From Dimargaris cristalligena (lineage: Eukaryota), in contig ML002323.1 of assembly GCA_003614675.1 (NCBI GenBank), forward strand, positions 1 to 41,960: DNA of 41,960 nucleotides, written 5' to 3'. Within the stretch, counting starts at the first letter, position 1. Each line of letters begins with the position of its first letter. Positions 22,501 to 36,040 of the stretch are shown piece by piece. The notes under the pieces are model-generated. The model saw only the letters and a list, made by a program, of their open reading frames with translations. It had not been told where the DNA came from and did not search any database. The position numbers were made by a program, and so were the translations under genes.

Positions 22501-23650
22501 GTCTGCCCATTACGTATATGGCTCCGATTGCTCTGAAACCTCCGATGGCTACTTATAGAACCCTCCTCCCACCTTTTGGGGGGGCTAGCCAGGGGGTAGT
22601 GTAGCATAGTGTGGTGGTGATAATGATGACGATATGATGTTCTTCAAAAGTCGGCTCATCTATTATTCCCTCCTACTCTGCCCTGGTTCTCCGTGGCCTG
22701 TATATTATAAGTCAGGGCCAGACCAGACTGGACCTGCCCTTCACGGTCGCCTGATTGACCTATGGGGATGTTCATCCACTCGGGGCAGGCCTGGTCACCC
22801 AACTCCCAAGTGCTGGTCGTGAATAAATAATACACCAGTAGTGGTAATGTATATGGTATATGTGGGCACCACCATCGAATAATGTGATCTTGAATCGCCG
22901 GGGGGGAGGTAGAGAGAAAGAGAGTGAGAGGTGGACCGGCCGAGACTGGGGGGTGGGGTAGGAAGCAGAGTCGGGGTAATCAGTCGGGTTCGGTTGGTCC
23001 AACAGGCCCGTTCCTGCACAGAGAGAGTGAAGGGCTGGGCGGAGAAGGGTCATAGAACTAGCCTGGCCACAGGTACGGCAATGCGGGTAGGGAGAGAGGA
23101 GGAGGAAGGAGACTTGAGGGGTGAACGACAGAGAGAGAGAGAGGGCTGCTGAGTGAAGAGGTATATTATTAGGAAGGACCCAAGGGCGAGGTTGAAGATG
23201 ATGAGGCGGAATTCCGAGTTTCACAGTGTACAACCGAGGCCCTGGGTTTACACCCCCGCTTACCTTTACGAACTCTTCTTTTTTATCGCCCTCCCAATTC
23301 CTCCGTTGGTGGTTCCACCGGACCCACTGGCCAATCTCAGCCCTCAGTGTCCAGCACTGCCCGTCCATGTTTAACTTGGCCCAGACTTCGCTCCGGGACC
23401 TTTCGGCGGTTATTTCTAGGACCGGTGATTTTACACCACCACCACCTCCTTCCTCCTTATCCGGCACCACCTGGCCCGCTTCAGAGTCACCCTTTGTTCT
23501 AGTGCCCTCCCGAATAAATCGGGGAGAATAAACCTCCCATGTTATCTAGATATCGCACGATTCTTAAAGCCATGCCAAGCCAGGTCCTTCCTTATCATTC
23601 GGAGGTCATTATTTATAGATGTTTTGGTTAAAAAAGTCCCAGTGGTGTCC

Positions 23651-23682
23651 CGTATACGCGCGCGTGTGCGTGTGTGTGTGTG
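23651..23682. repeat. Alternating purine-pyrimidine tract ((CG)n/(TG)n)
   Basis: CGTATACGCGCGCGTGTGCGTGTGTGTGTGTG. Confidence 0.8.
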
Positions 23683-24878
23683 AGTGTGTGTGGTGTATCC
23701 GCTGGGTTTGGGTAAAATTAATGGACCAAGCCCTTTTCTTTTCAGCCGCAAACTATGGTAGAATGTCCCCTGCCTAAAGGTGTAACCCCAGCGGTACTTC
23801 CAACGGAGGAGGAGGAGAGGAAGAATAGGTGTGATTAATAGCAGCGGAATAGACTGGCCAACCGTTTCATCTCCGCGAATAATAGTATATTCCGACATGA
23901 ATTGGTCTCTCTTCGCCAAGCCCCCTTATACTCCAATTTCATCACTAATCACCTAGTACACCGGCAAGGTTAATGGTCCGCATTCATATTATTAAAGAAA
24001 TACCCCGGTCGTTGGATACTATTTTTTTAGCAAGGGCGAGGGGGGTTACGTGGGGTTAAGATGCTGTGGTAATACTTTGGTGAACGGACCACCGGCACCC
24101 CCACTGCCGAATTTGTCACCTAAAATTAACTAACTTAGCCGATTCGAGTAGTAGTCCTTCGGGGGAAGAGCCAAGGCAAGGCAGGTAACTCTCCCTAACC
24201 GGCTTTCCCTTCACTTTTATGGCATCGTGCATAATTATCCTCTTCATCCCCCCTCTCCTGCCCTGCCCTGTCCTTCATAATTAAGCCCGTCGAACATATT
24301 CCATGTAGCATCAACGACCAACCGGTCATCGTGCCCTGATCTACCAACCCGAATCGGTTTAGTGGATACTAATAATAGGTGAGGGGAGGTGGAAGAGCGT
24401 CCACCCTTTCTTTTCGACTCTGTGTCAAAGATATACTCTGCCAAGTAATTATTACCACATATGACAAAGATCCGTCCAGACGAGCTTCCAGTGAAGCAAA
24501 TGGAGTCGTGAAGCCATCGAGAAAGAGAGTATGTGTGTGTGCTAGGGTGCCAATCCCACCGATTGCCGGCTCATTACAGTGGCCAACGAGGATCGGTTGG
24601 CTGTGTGGATAAGGGGACGAAGTATGAGCGGAGCGACATGAACTGGAACGCAATCGCTTGGATGTAAATTACTAACTTACCCAGTAAATCATTTTTAGGG
24701 TTGGTGGTTCACTGCTCTGGTGCCCGACTATGATTGACCAGACCCTTTCAAGGGGTATAGTTGAATTCCGGCGCTTTCACCTCACTTTATCCATGTATGA
24801 TTTATATTTTAGAAAATATTGCATGCCGCGGCATACTAGGTCAAGGTAACTTTAATATTGCTATAGGGAGTAATATAT

Positions 24879-25022
24879 ATATGGGTGAAATTCGGCCCAG
24901 CTGTATAAAGTTTTAAATGATAACTGTATGGGATAATGTATGGGAGATTTATTTTTAACCAGTAATATTTGCTTCATCCAACGGATTTTTCGTTATACAG
25001 CTCGGTTGAACCTCTCTCATAT
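24879..25022 (-). mobile_element. 144-bp MITE-like dispersed repeat, copy 3 (inverted)
   Basis: Reverse complement reads ATATGAGAGAGGTTCAACCGAGCTGTATAACGAAAAATCCGTTGGATGAAGCAAATATTACTGGTTAA...TTATACAGCTGGGCCGAATTTCACCCATAT. Abuts an (AT)n run. Confidence 0.8.
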
Positions 25023-25116
25023 CAATGCGACTATAATATGCCTATTTCTGCAGCTATAGCCACTTAGCAAGGGTAGCAACTAGCTGTTTGTCCCACCTAC
25101 TTTCATTTAACCCGTA

Positions 25117-25136
25117 ATATATATATATATATATAT
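25117..25136. repeat. (AT)10 microsatellite
   Basis: Read directly from the sequence. Confidence 0.85.
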
Positions 25137-28100
25137 ACACTATTGTTCGGCAATTTTTTTTGGCGTGTAGCCGTCTAGGGTAGGCAGCAAGGGTGGCTGA
25201 GTAAAGGTAATAGGGTGTAAATGTAGGCCCGTGTAGACTACTTTATTCCCAAGTTTTGTGAAACACCATTATTACCACTATTACCACTATTGCCACTATA
25301 ATAATGTAATGGCACCCAGACCCTGTCCCTTGGTTGGTGCCCCTCCCACCCTTTTGTTTCCTTTCTCCCACAATAGCGTACTATTGGGGCCTATTTTTAT
25401 CGCATAATACCTTATTCCATTATATATATATAAATGTGTGTGTTCAATGGTAGCGAGTACCCCCGCCGAGACCCCACACATCCCTTTAACAACGAAGCAC
25501 AGCTAGACAGGGTCCACCGTTTGTATTTTACGGAAAGCGGGCGAGCGGGAGAGTATCATTACCCTTTACTCCACCACATCCAACCTGCACCACCCACTTT
25601 TCTCCCGTTCGCTCATCAAGCCTTGTGTTCTTTATTGAAATATAAAAAAATGCAGAGTCAGGTGGCCATCCATTATTGTACATCCTTTAATCTGATGCCC
25701 GATATAAACCAAGGGGGGTGGTTGGCTGGGTGTAGAAAGTGAAAGAAGACGAAGGAAAAGGATCTGTGGGCTCATACAGGAGAGAGCCGCAGGGCCGGGA
25801 TTAGGCGAACTGTGGTTTACAAAAGGAGGGCGAGGGCTCGTATATTAGCTTGGCTCCAATATATTTAATTCTTCAAGAGGAGAAGTCTACTGGAGGAAGG
25901 GAGGGCTGAAGGTATATGAATACCAACTATTCCTCACGTCTCGAGTTAAGTCTGTAATCGTCAAAGGGAGGAGGGGGGAGGGCATTGGCTTGTCATGAAT
26001 ACTACAGAGACGCCTATCCTTCCTTTACCTCCTTATTTGTGGGGCAGAGTCATACGCTGCACAACCTTTGGAGTCATCTAGACTAATTGACCCAAGATTG
26101 ACGACTTAGCTAGTCCCAGCGAGACTTATATGTTGGTTACACTGTACCCCGATGGACTATTTAAAACAGGGGGGGGGCATTAGTGGTTTATTCCTAAAAT
26201 TGCAATATCCATCCCAAATCAAAATCCATTTTGCTAGTTCATGGTCAGTATTATCAACCCATATTTGGCGGCATCTTCCCAAAGGCAAATAAAGCTTTAC
26301 AGCCGTCTATAGTTGGCATCACGCACCGCCACCCACTATACTGAAAGTCGCGATAAATAAATAAAAGTCGCGGGGTTGCAATTCTAATATTTTTGTAGAC
26401 CCCAATCGACTTAGTGTATATTGGCTTGCGAGAACGGGTGACAGGTGGTAGATGGCTAGGGGGGTGGAGGGAAAGCGGGCGCACGCGAATGTAGCACTGA
26501 ATTGTGCGGTGCGCACCACGTCACATCGCGACCAAGAGGCATGGTAATAATAGGTCGGGGCCAGTCGCGTTTCTAGTTGAAGACCCATGCGTATAGAGAC
26601 AAAGTGGTATTATTCTCTAGAATAACGACCTGGCTGTAGGTAACGTTCACCTAATCATCAATTTACCCTACCTAGTGCGATTAGCCTGAGTCATCTGACC
26701 CTTTTTTCCTGCCCTTATTCTTTTCACACACATACACACACACATACTCATACACACACACGCACGCACTACACATACCCACATCGACATATTCACTCCT
26801 CGGTCGAGGTTGGCAGACATGGGCTGCAGCAACCACTGCCGCGGGTGGAATTCGCAATGTCGAATTACCAAAAAGGAAATACTGGAATGATGAAGTAGAG
26901 GCAGGTGTGGTTGTGCAGAGAGGTATGTGGGTCTCCCCGCATGGGGTGAGGAAAGTGTCAAGGGGCGGGAGGTAAGTAGGGACCTCCCCGTTCAAAAGGT
27001 CAGAATCGGGCTGGGGCGATTGAAATCTAGTAGAACGCGTGCCCTCATTAGACTGATTGATGGACATGGCTAGACATACCCTTATTATTTTATTTTTATT
27101 ACATGCGCGCGCTGAACCTATTGTTTCTGAATCGGACCGTTTCAATTCTTACGATTGTAGTAATCCTCCGCGAGTATACAAATAGGGTCGATGATATAGG
27201 GTGATATTTGTCAACGGATTAGCCCCGTCACTTCCCCGGTTATTTCCTTACTATTAGCACACTTCACCACGATTATTGACGAACTTTACGACCCGTTCTT
27301 CCCCACCGGATTGCCCTACCTTCTCCTCCCCCAGTCCCATTATTCTCATATGGGTATTTCCCTGTTTCGGGTTGATCTGGGAGTAAACTTTTCACCCGTC
27401 ATCCACCAACTCCCACCCAGGTCTCCGACTCTTCACTGTGAATGTGTCCCATGGATGATTATAAACCACTACTAAACAATCAATCATTCCATGTTTACTA
27501 ATCGGCGTGGTGAGTTAGGTGGGCAATCCCCCCTTCGTGCCTTGTGTTGGCGAATATATTATATTAATGGCAGCAGCAGTGAATACACTTTCCTTGCCAC
27601 AAGCACCAACAGTGGTGGCGAAACCCATCCTAAAGGCATATGGGGGAACAGTCCACCATGGCTACGTTGAGGGTGAGAGGCGGCGGTGGCGATGTTTTGC
27701 AGATTCCGGCCACCCATGGTTTCTATAATAGTCGGAACTTTGAAACATCTGAGATGTGGTTAGGGTGGAGTCGATACAATCCCACAGTGGCATATTTTTA
27801 TTGTGGTTCGACTACTAATGTAACAGTATTTGGCGGATTTCAGACCCAATCGCGGGTGCAGTCCAGGGCAAAGTATTGGAGTAAGGGGAAGGGAAGGAAA
27901 GGGTAGCAAGGTCAGGGTTTTCTTTACAGCTAACCAAGTACCCTTTTGGATACTATAGCCGTGTGCGTGTTTTCCCTCTATTATTTACGCCTCCTCCCCT
28001 TTATTCCCTCCCCCCCCCTCACGTTAATTATCCAGTTAGTTCTCCCTCGATCTTTACCCCTCGCTCATACAAAAGGGTCAATTGAAGCCGGGTCAAATGT

Positions 28101-28805
28101 CCCTAACTAGCCATATACCCAACAAATTATTTTAGGTGGTGTGACGCCCGTTATATGATCTTTGGTGGCCGGGATTCTTTATTCGAATTGGGTTGCCAAC
28201 CCAGCCCAGCCCATCCCATCCCAACTCACCCAGTCCTTTCCCCCCAATTTCCAGGGTGTCTTCCTATACTTCAACCGTGTTATTATTATCTCACTACTTC
28301 CAACCCCAACGTGAAACGTGTGCTACTTCTAGCGAACCTGGAACACCCATGCATCGTCTGTACCTCTTTGGGGGAACCCGTCACTTGACCGCTCAACCAA
28401 AAATACTGAAGGTGTATCTTTCGCCGAATTGACTTTTTTAAGCAATCGGATGATTAATATTGTATAGGGGTCGCCATTGATTTCTTGGTATCCGCGAGAG
28501 GTCTTATTCACCACATGGTGGTGAGTATTTCTTAATTTAGGCTACGCGCACAAGAAAATATATTACCCTTGTGATTGTTCATACCAGAATTTTAAATTTT
28601 TAAATAATTATGTGAAGTAACAATACTAAGAATGTGATATATTAGGTATCCCTAGAAGGAAAGAAATATCCGTTATTCGCCCCAATTTGACATTTCCCCT
28701 TTTTTGGACATTTCTTCCCCATAATTATATTCCTGGGGGGATTTTCATTACCCCATCAATTCCTTACTAAACCTCAGATCCCTGTTATATATTTTTAATT
28801 TTTTC

Positions 28806-28829
28806 TAAATAAATAAATAAATAAATAAA
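28806..28829. repeat. (TAAA)6 microsatellite
   Basis: Read directly from the sequence. Confidence 0.85.
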
Positions 28830-29141
28830 CGGACATGTATATTCCAATGTTATTATGAAAATTAGCCGCAGCTCATTTCTAGTGTAATTATTTTTGGGTG
28901 TACCAGCGGCGTTTGCTTTCTTCTCCGAAGGATCTGCACCCTTTTTTCACTACCCCAACTTCCGATTTCACCCCATTCTTATTCTATATTTGGCCGGTGT
29001 CACTACGATCTCCCTCTTCTGTCATCCCAACTTTTTCATCCACTTGGACAGATCTATAGAATTCTATATCTGGCCCGGTTCTTTACTCATCTGCGAGATT
29101 TCGATTATTCGTTTTATCTTGACACGTCGCCTTGAATGTTT

Positions 29142-29179
29142 CGCGCGCGCGCGTGTGTGTGTGTGTGTGTATGTGTGCA
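29142..29179. repeat. (CG)6(TG)n alternating purine-pyrimidine tract
   Basis: 38 nt of uninterrupted pyrimidine/purine alternation. Confidence 0.85.
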
Positions 29180-32100
29180 GGGGGGGGTGTAATTCCTAGG
29201 GATCAATTATTACATGTTTTTATTAAATCTGTACATTTTATAATTATTAAAGCAAACTATTGATATATACTATAGTTTGGACTTACCCCACCTCCCATAG
29301 TAATAGTTTCATACATCGTGATTGCTAACCATTGGACCATGTAATAGTTTGGTAATGAGACCATACACCATTTAGCAGGTCAGCTGGTATTTCTGACATT
29401 TATAAAACTATTGGACTAGATCAAGTATACCCCCTGCACCTCCCCCCCCCCACACTCAACCGAAAATGCTCAGCAGAATGTGAAGGCGGATAAGGCATTA
29501 ACAATGATGCGACTTTCTTTCGAAGGTGGGGGCGCGGGTCTGCCTAACATCCTTTGTTTTGATCAATGGATATGGCTGGATCAATCCAACGAAATCCTGC
29601 CAGCAGGTTTGTTCCACTTGGACGTGACTAACTTGATCGATTTGCCCACCCCTCCTCTCTCCTCTATCTTACCTACCAGGTTGCCCGATTGTACTGGCAG
29701 AGTAGTATTTTGATATTGGGGTATAACCTCTCCCCAAAGAACCACGTCAGATTCCAGAAATAGGCACACCAATGGCAATTCGGTCAGTCGATCAGCTGTT
29801 GGCCTGCACTCTGATTGGGCGGGGATCACTCTATCCACCCACATCAATTAGACCATTTGCGTAGTAGTATGATATACGAGAAAATAAAGATGGTTCCAAT
29901 GTAATAATAATTACTTGTCCTATGGGGCACAGTTTGCTATACGTATTACCACCACCAACGGCCCACTCACTTACTGCTATACTCCCCAGAGCTATCAGAC
30001 GAATATGGTCCACCAACAACTCTTCCTAATCTTTTGGCCTTCCAATCAATCACGGCTAGTATTGAAACTATCAGCTACTGCGCCCTTCAGTAGCCGCCCC
30101 TGGATTTTCTCATTCCCTACCTATACTATATACTCTTAGCATTCGAGTAAGGTGTGTACTTTTGGGCAGCATATCAGCCCGCAGCACCTCCTCAGTTCTC
30201 CTAGTGATTCATTCCTTAAGTGGGCGCAGCCACATTCACCACCACACCACCCATCATTGAGTGAGGTGGTTGTTTCTTTGCTTTCTAATAACCATTTGGT
30301 CACACACACGTACACCAACCACCACTAACACCACAGGACGACCAGTTTTTCTTTCCCACATCACATCTTTTCTCTCCCTCTTCCCCCTCCGTCTTTCGTA
30401 ATCAGATAGTGGCAGCTGAAAGAAGTAGTACCTCTCTCACCTTCAGTTGGACTGATCGTGGTCAATGCATCACTGTGTTGACCGGTTTCGGGTTTCGTTA
30501 GTGCCAAAGCACACTTGTTTCATCCACACATAGATTAGTATATAAAATAAATAATTGGTCATTAAAAGGGGTGAATGCGAGTTAGTAGTGTTGGGCGGCT
30601 TATAAACTGTCCAAAGAATTGTCCCCATGTGACGTGTGGTGGTGCACCTGTGAGTGGAAGGAACAATGGTAGAGAGAGGAGGCTGGCTATATGAGATTTG
30701 TAACAATACGAGAATCTGGTCCCCCACCTTATTATTGACCCTCCCTTGAGCGGTTCCTGAATTTTACCGGAGAGGAGGGAGAGTACCTTATTGAATAGAG
30801 GGGCGACTATTCACGGTACCTGCTTCAAAGCCAAAATCACTTATTCACTCAGTTGGGTAAGATATAACCGAATCTGAGCATTGAATGGTCCGCGTGATTC
30901 CCGCGCGCGTAGCAAGCAGCACGTCCTGGAGGGCAGTCTATATTGATGCCACTCTGCCTGACATTGTCCGACCAAGTTGGGGCACATCTCTCAATTCATC
31001 CCAAAACGGACCCACCATCGTCCTCATCCCCGGGACATTGGCCCAAACAATAGACTGGTTTTCCACAGATTGGGTAAGGTATTAAGTAACCTCTCTCTAT
31101 TGCATTGAACCTAATCGGCAAGGGCGGATCTAGGGGAGGAGAAGGAGGGGGTGGGGCACTGAACACCGTGCGATTCCAGCAACTATAATCGTTTCCTATC
31201 TACACCCCCGTCCGGGTCGTAAGTTAGTTTCTAGTCGCGCCCCTTTCCAAACATACGGCTAGATTGAATCACATCGGCAGGGTCTGTAGCACTCCACTAA
31301 AGTAAGGGGGTCCTATATCCTAATTCGTTTCAATCGGCCCGTTTCCTCCCTATCTATTCCCTTGGTACCGGGTGTGGGAGGGGTGAGGTGGAGAGATGGA
31401 GAGGGGGAGTTTTTTAATGGCTCTCGCACTCTCGGCTCGGATATCGGAAATTGCTACAGTAAGTCACTTATTTAACCCGAATCAATCTTAAACCGAACGT
31501 ATCACTCACTGTCTCGGTTAAGGGGTTGTCTCCGGCAACAGACTCGACCGAATGGGGGGCCCCCAGGACTCCCGTAAAGACAGGAGATATCTAAATGAGT
31601 TCTCTCTTCGCCAATTTGGTCACGATTACTACCGAGCACATCTTCGGATAATAGCATCTGCCGATCCAACTGAATGTTCTCTCTTCCTCCTCTTCACTGC
31701 CTGCCCTACCCATACAGCTATATTGCTGCTGGGCCGATTTAGCGTATTTAGCTTAATCAGGAACTTTACTCGGCAGGAGACTGCACTATAATCTTCTTAT
31801 CACTTCCTTCTTTCGGCTGACTTTGGGATTTCTTCCCTGGCAGCAACTCTCCACACTACCTACTGCATACATGTCCTCCTTCCCTCCCTTCCTACCCCCC
31901 ACCCTGCCCCACTCCTTTTGTAATTCAGTTATATTCCAACTTGAGTCTCTCTTCGTCCGCCTCCTATACTCCTCTGGTTCTTTGGTCAACGCATGCATAG
32001 GCTTTGTGAATATATATCCTTCAATGACACAAGGGTTAAACAGTATGGGGCGGGCAACGGGCCGAGTCTAGACTGTGGGCGGGGGCTGTAGGGAGAGGGT

Positions 32101-35100
32101 TGAAGGCCCGGCTCCTATTTTCTGGCTATTTTCATACAGCGTCGATCGACAACCGGGCCCAGCAATATAAAATAAAATAAAAGAAGTTCAATGAGAGGAA
32201 CTTCACCGACCGGACTGGGAAATCTGTACTTCGGCAATTCCAAAGTGTCTCTTTCGCCATAGTAAAGAGGCAAACATAACCCATGAAAGAGTTGGCAGTA
32301 GTGGAGGAAAGAGGGCGGACTTATCATGCCTTAAGCAAATGGCGAATGTATCTCTCCTCTATTCATTAGAAGGATCACTGTTGACGTCGCTGCTGTTATT
32401 ATTACCCTTGCTTTTTCATATTGTCCTACCCTGGCCAGTGCAATTCACTGATGCCGAGTTGAAGGATACAAAGCAGTGGGTAGCAAAATATCAGCGGCAT
32501 TAACCTGGCATACATGTGCGAGCAGTTGATACCCAAACCCGGCTCATACATGGTGGGAGTGTGTGTAGGATGGACAAGGCTAGTATAATGTAACGATGCC
32601 TGTCTGTCTCTCGCTTGCAGAACCTCATCTATTTAGAATAAATTGGTCGGGGTGGTGGTTGCATTTTTTTCGTCACCTCAGCTGACTAGATGATATCAGC
32701 TCCCGGCCAGCCAAACTGTTCAAGTGTATCTCTTTTGTTGGTCCATGATCTTTCATCTTAATTATATTTGACTTGTTGATTACAGGCTGTTGCAAAAATA
32801 TATTGTTTACCGATATGTCGACTCCCAGTCGATCTTTAATGACTCGGCATACACATATAAATACATGTGGGTTTACACCTACATAATCAATTAGGGGGTG
32901 GGGAGTCAGGTTCTAACTGATTTATGCCAAAATCTATTGAAAATTATATATTTGATTTAGTCTAGAAAGTTGTAAAGAAGTTCACCAGGGTTTAAGTCAT
33001 GTTGCTCATTGTACAGCTATATATAAGTTTAGCAACTAAACTCTTCTATTGTGGCATTAAAATGGGGGTGCGTAGCTCTGGATACCCTGGCGTTTGTGGG
33101 TCCAGGATCCCTTATAGGAGCTAATGCCTGATAATCAATCACTCAGTTGCCAAACTAAACCAGGGCATTGAGACATGCAGTTGAGTAACAGATGCCACCC
33201 CTGGTCGATTAGCACAGTAAACGGACAACATCGGCTAATAGGCCCATAGTTGCTACATAATTTTCGTTGATTAACCACCTAGCTTACGTTGGTGATAAGT
33301 GAAGTGATGATCGCATTGAATCGCCAAGTAAATCGAATAAAGCCTTCCACCAGTACTTATAGAAGTTTGGATGGAGCAGTCAGACCCCTTTACTGTAAAA
33401 CAGTATAGTCTGGTTGAATTGTTACCGAATCCGTTAATGATATCATAACTAACCCTACTAACGTGGCTCTCGTCAGACAATACCGAGTCGCATATTTCCG
33501 GTTGATTTTGGTGGGTATTGGCGAGCATAGATATTCCGTTTAGGGTATGTCGAAGTGACAATGTAAATTGTTTTTCTAAACCGGTCGACAGAAGCCATTT
33601 GACTTAAAGGACGTCTATCGACGCACAGTTAATTCAATTACTTTTTCTTTTCGGCGAAAATTTCACCCACCTGACTATCCTTAAAAAATATCCTAAATAT
33701 TACCCCATCATCCTGGGCTAATCCTCGTTAGGTTTTGGAAAGTCTTAAAGCTAGGAAAGTCCATACGGCGTTGCGTGCGCTTAATGTATGTATACTCTAT
33801 TTAAATTGCGCCATTGTATTCCGGTAGGAATTAATTGGTCGTCTGGGCTGTGCCCAGTAGTCGGAAGCGTTGCACTAGGGGGAGGTGGCCAACCAATGCT
33901 ACTCCATGCGCACGGTATTCTTGGCAATCCTACCTTGTGACCATGCGATATTCACAGTCTTGAGATTGACCTCCCCCCATTTCGCTTTCTCTTATTCTTT
34001 CGTCATTTCACAGGAAGCCCTTTTAAATAGTCGGTATGCCAACCAAAACACCATTAAGATATCAAATCCTTTTAGACCGGGTGCCTCGATTTATTATAAA
34101 CGTATATAGGCCGCTCAATTCCAATCCACCTCTTCTCCGCTACAGCGCATCCGTTTAGCGGATGACCAAATGATGCTGATTGATTAGAAGCAAGTCACTG
34201 GTTGTACACTCTCGCCCTTTTGGAATCCTACCGGGGAATGGAAATGGGTAGACCGGCAGTCACTTGGGCAATGTAAAATGTAATATTTTAGTTCCGATAT
34301 TTACTTACGGTGCTGAAATATGAAAGGTGCCTTTTTCGACTCAGGGGATGATTTAGTTGAAAGTATATTACGTTGTAAAGCAAACAGGGTAAAATACCCA
34401 TAGTAATACCCGCCTTTCTTCACCATTGTAAGCCACCGAAGGCTTGGAACTACTATGTCCAAATCACGAAGCAATCCGTTAAAGCCATTGGTCCAGCCGG
34501 GCCTGGGACTCGGGCGCCTTGTATATTTCAATGGTATTGGGATAATAGGATATTATACGCAATTGTAGTCTACACCTTACCACCTGGCACCGTATTCCCC
34601 TGGAGCTAGAATACATCAGCCCACGCCCATTCCCACCCGTCACGCGGGATACTGCCACTTTCAGTCCGGCTGAACGCTCCTTCATGAATCCGGATTTAGG
34701 GTCTGTATGGGTCCGATTATAGCAGCTCGACCACGACAGCTCAAGGAATGTAGAGACAGCGAGTTTCCACGCTGCAAAAGGGCTATCCCTGTGACCCCTG
34801 CCGCCCCCTGAACCACCACCACCACCTCTCATCTAACCAGTCTGACCACCTGTATATTACTTCACTTTGCTGCACCCTATACGCCATTCCATTGTCCTGG
34901 AACTGGCCACCTTAAACCACCTCAGGCTAACTGCAGTACGTCAGAGAAAAGAGGGGAATACGGGGTGGGTGGATGTCAATGAGAGGGGTGCAAATTAGTG
35001 TTAAGCAACCAGTCACACCTAACATGGAGGTGGTTCCAACATGTTGCATAGGGGGATTCGTGATCACCTGTAAAACAAGGCTGGTGTGGGATACATGGGC

Positions 35101-35807
35101 ACACGGAGAAGGGCGATGAGTATGGTCCTTAATGGTTAGTTGGTTGATTAGCTTCCGGTGTTTTAGTATATTGCATCGCTCATACGTTGCTGATCGCATC
35201 AGAAGGTCCATTAACCGACCGATAATAGCTGATATGGGTTGCCTATTTCTCCTTCACAGTCATACTTGCTACTACATGCCGCCGCGTAAATGTTGCACTG
35301 AGGGAAGGATGATGCTGAAACTCAGGTCGCCGGTTCACATGAAATGGTTGGGAAGACGTCTCTATCCCACCCCCTCTCATATTTTTTTAACTGTTATTTT
35401 GGGCGTCTAGACTAGTTGGTGAGTTCAGTGAAGGGGGGTGGGGGTTTCAACATCCGGCACCGACGGCTCCATTCATCCAATCGAGTACCCGCCGATAATG
35501 CGCCATTTCCCTAAAAGCTAGTCCCCTGGTCAGGCCGATTCACCTGGCTGGCTTCTTTACTGCAAGTCGTACACTGGGTCCGTGAGAGGTGTTCACACAC
35601 TCGCACCCAATTGCGCCCTTCAGACATACACCTGTGTAGCTTGACCACCGGACTGGGGTAATGAAGTTCTATGTAATTCCTGGGGAGGGGGTGAGGAGGA
35701 CATCGGGAACCATCGGAGTCCGCTATACCCTTCCTCCCGCCCGTTGCGGCCGCTTCTCGTTCACTCTATCTCTTCATCGCTAATAAACAATGGGTTCGTT
35801 TCATTGC

Positions 35808-36040
35808 TAGCCGATGGCTACTATTCGCCGAAGTTCCCACCCGAGGCGTGTCAGCTGTGTATGTTTGCTTATTTGTGCCGAGAAGCGTCCTTCTTTTCTC
35901 AACACCGCCACTTCTTTTACCTTGGCCCAGTAATGCGCCCCATTACCAGGATGCACTCCAGGGCCATTCAGCGGACTGTACGGGGAGAGGTAGAGGTGGC
36001 CAGGACACTAGTCCCCGCGACTCTGAATGCATTGAATAAA
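35808..36040 (-). pseudogene. Possible ancient relic of an IS630/Tc1-type transposase C-terminus
   Basis: Hand translation of the minus strand gives IQSRGD*CPGHLYLSPYSPLNGPGVHPGNGAHYWAKVKE, resembling the family motif IxSRGxxxxYLPPYSPxLNPIExxWxxxK. Spacing is disturbed and no TIRs are seen. Confidence 0.35.

Noticed and set aside
22772-23470. 232-aa minus-strand ORF
   Set aside because: GTG start, built from GA/CT low-complexity tracts, no recognisable motif.
30885-31085. GPTIVLIPGTLAQTIDWF resembles an alpha/beta-hydrolase N-terminus and is followed by GTAAGG
   Set aside because: No downstream exon with hydrolase motifs (e.g. GxSxG) was found after the plausible acceptor.
33271-33600. ~100-codon open frame ending near a GTAAG
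   Set aside because: No recognisable domain and no convincing start or further exons.
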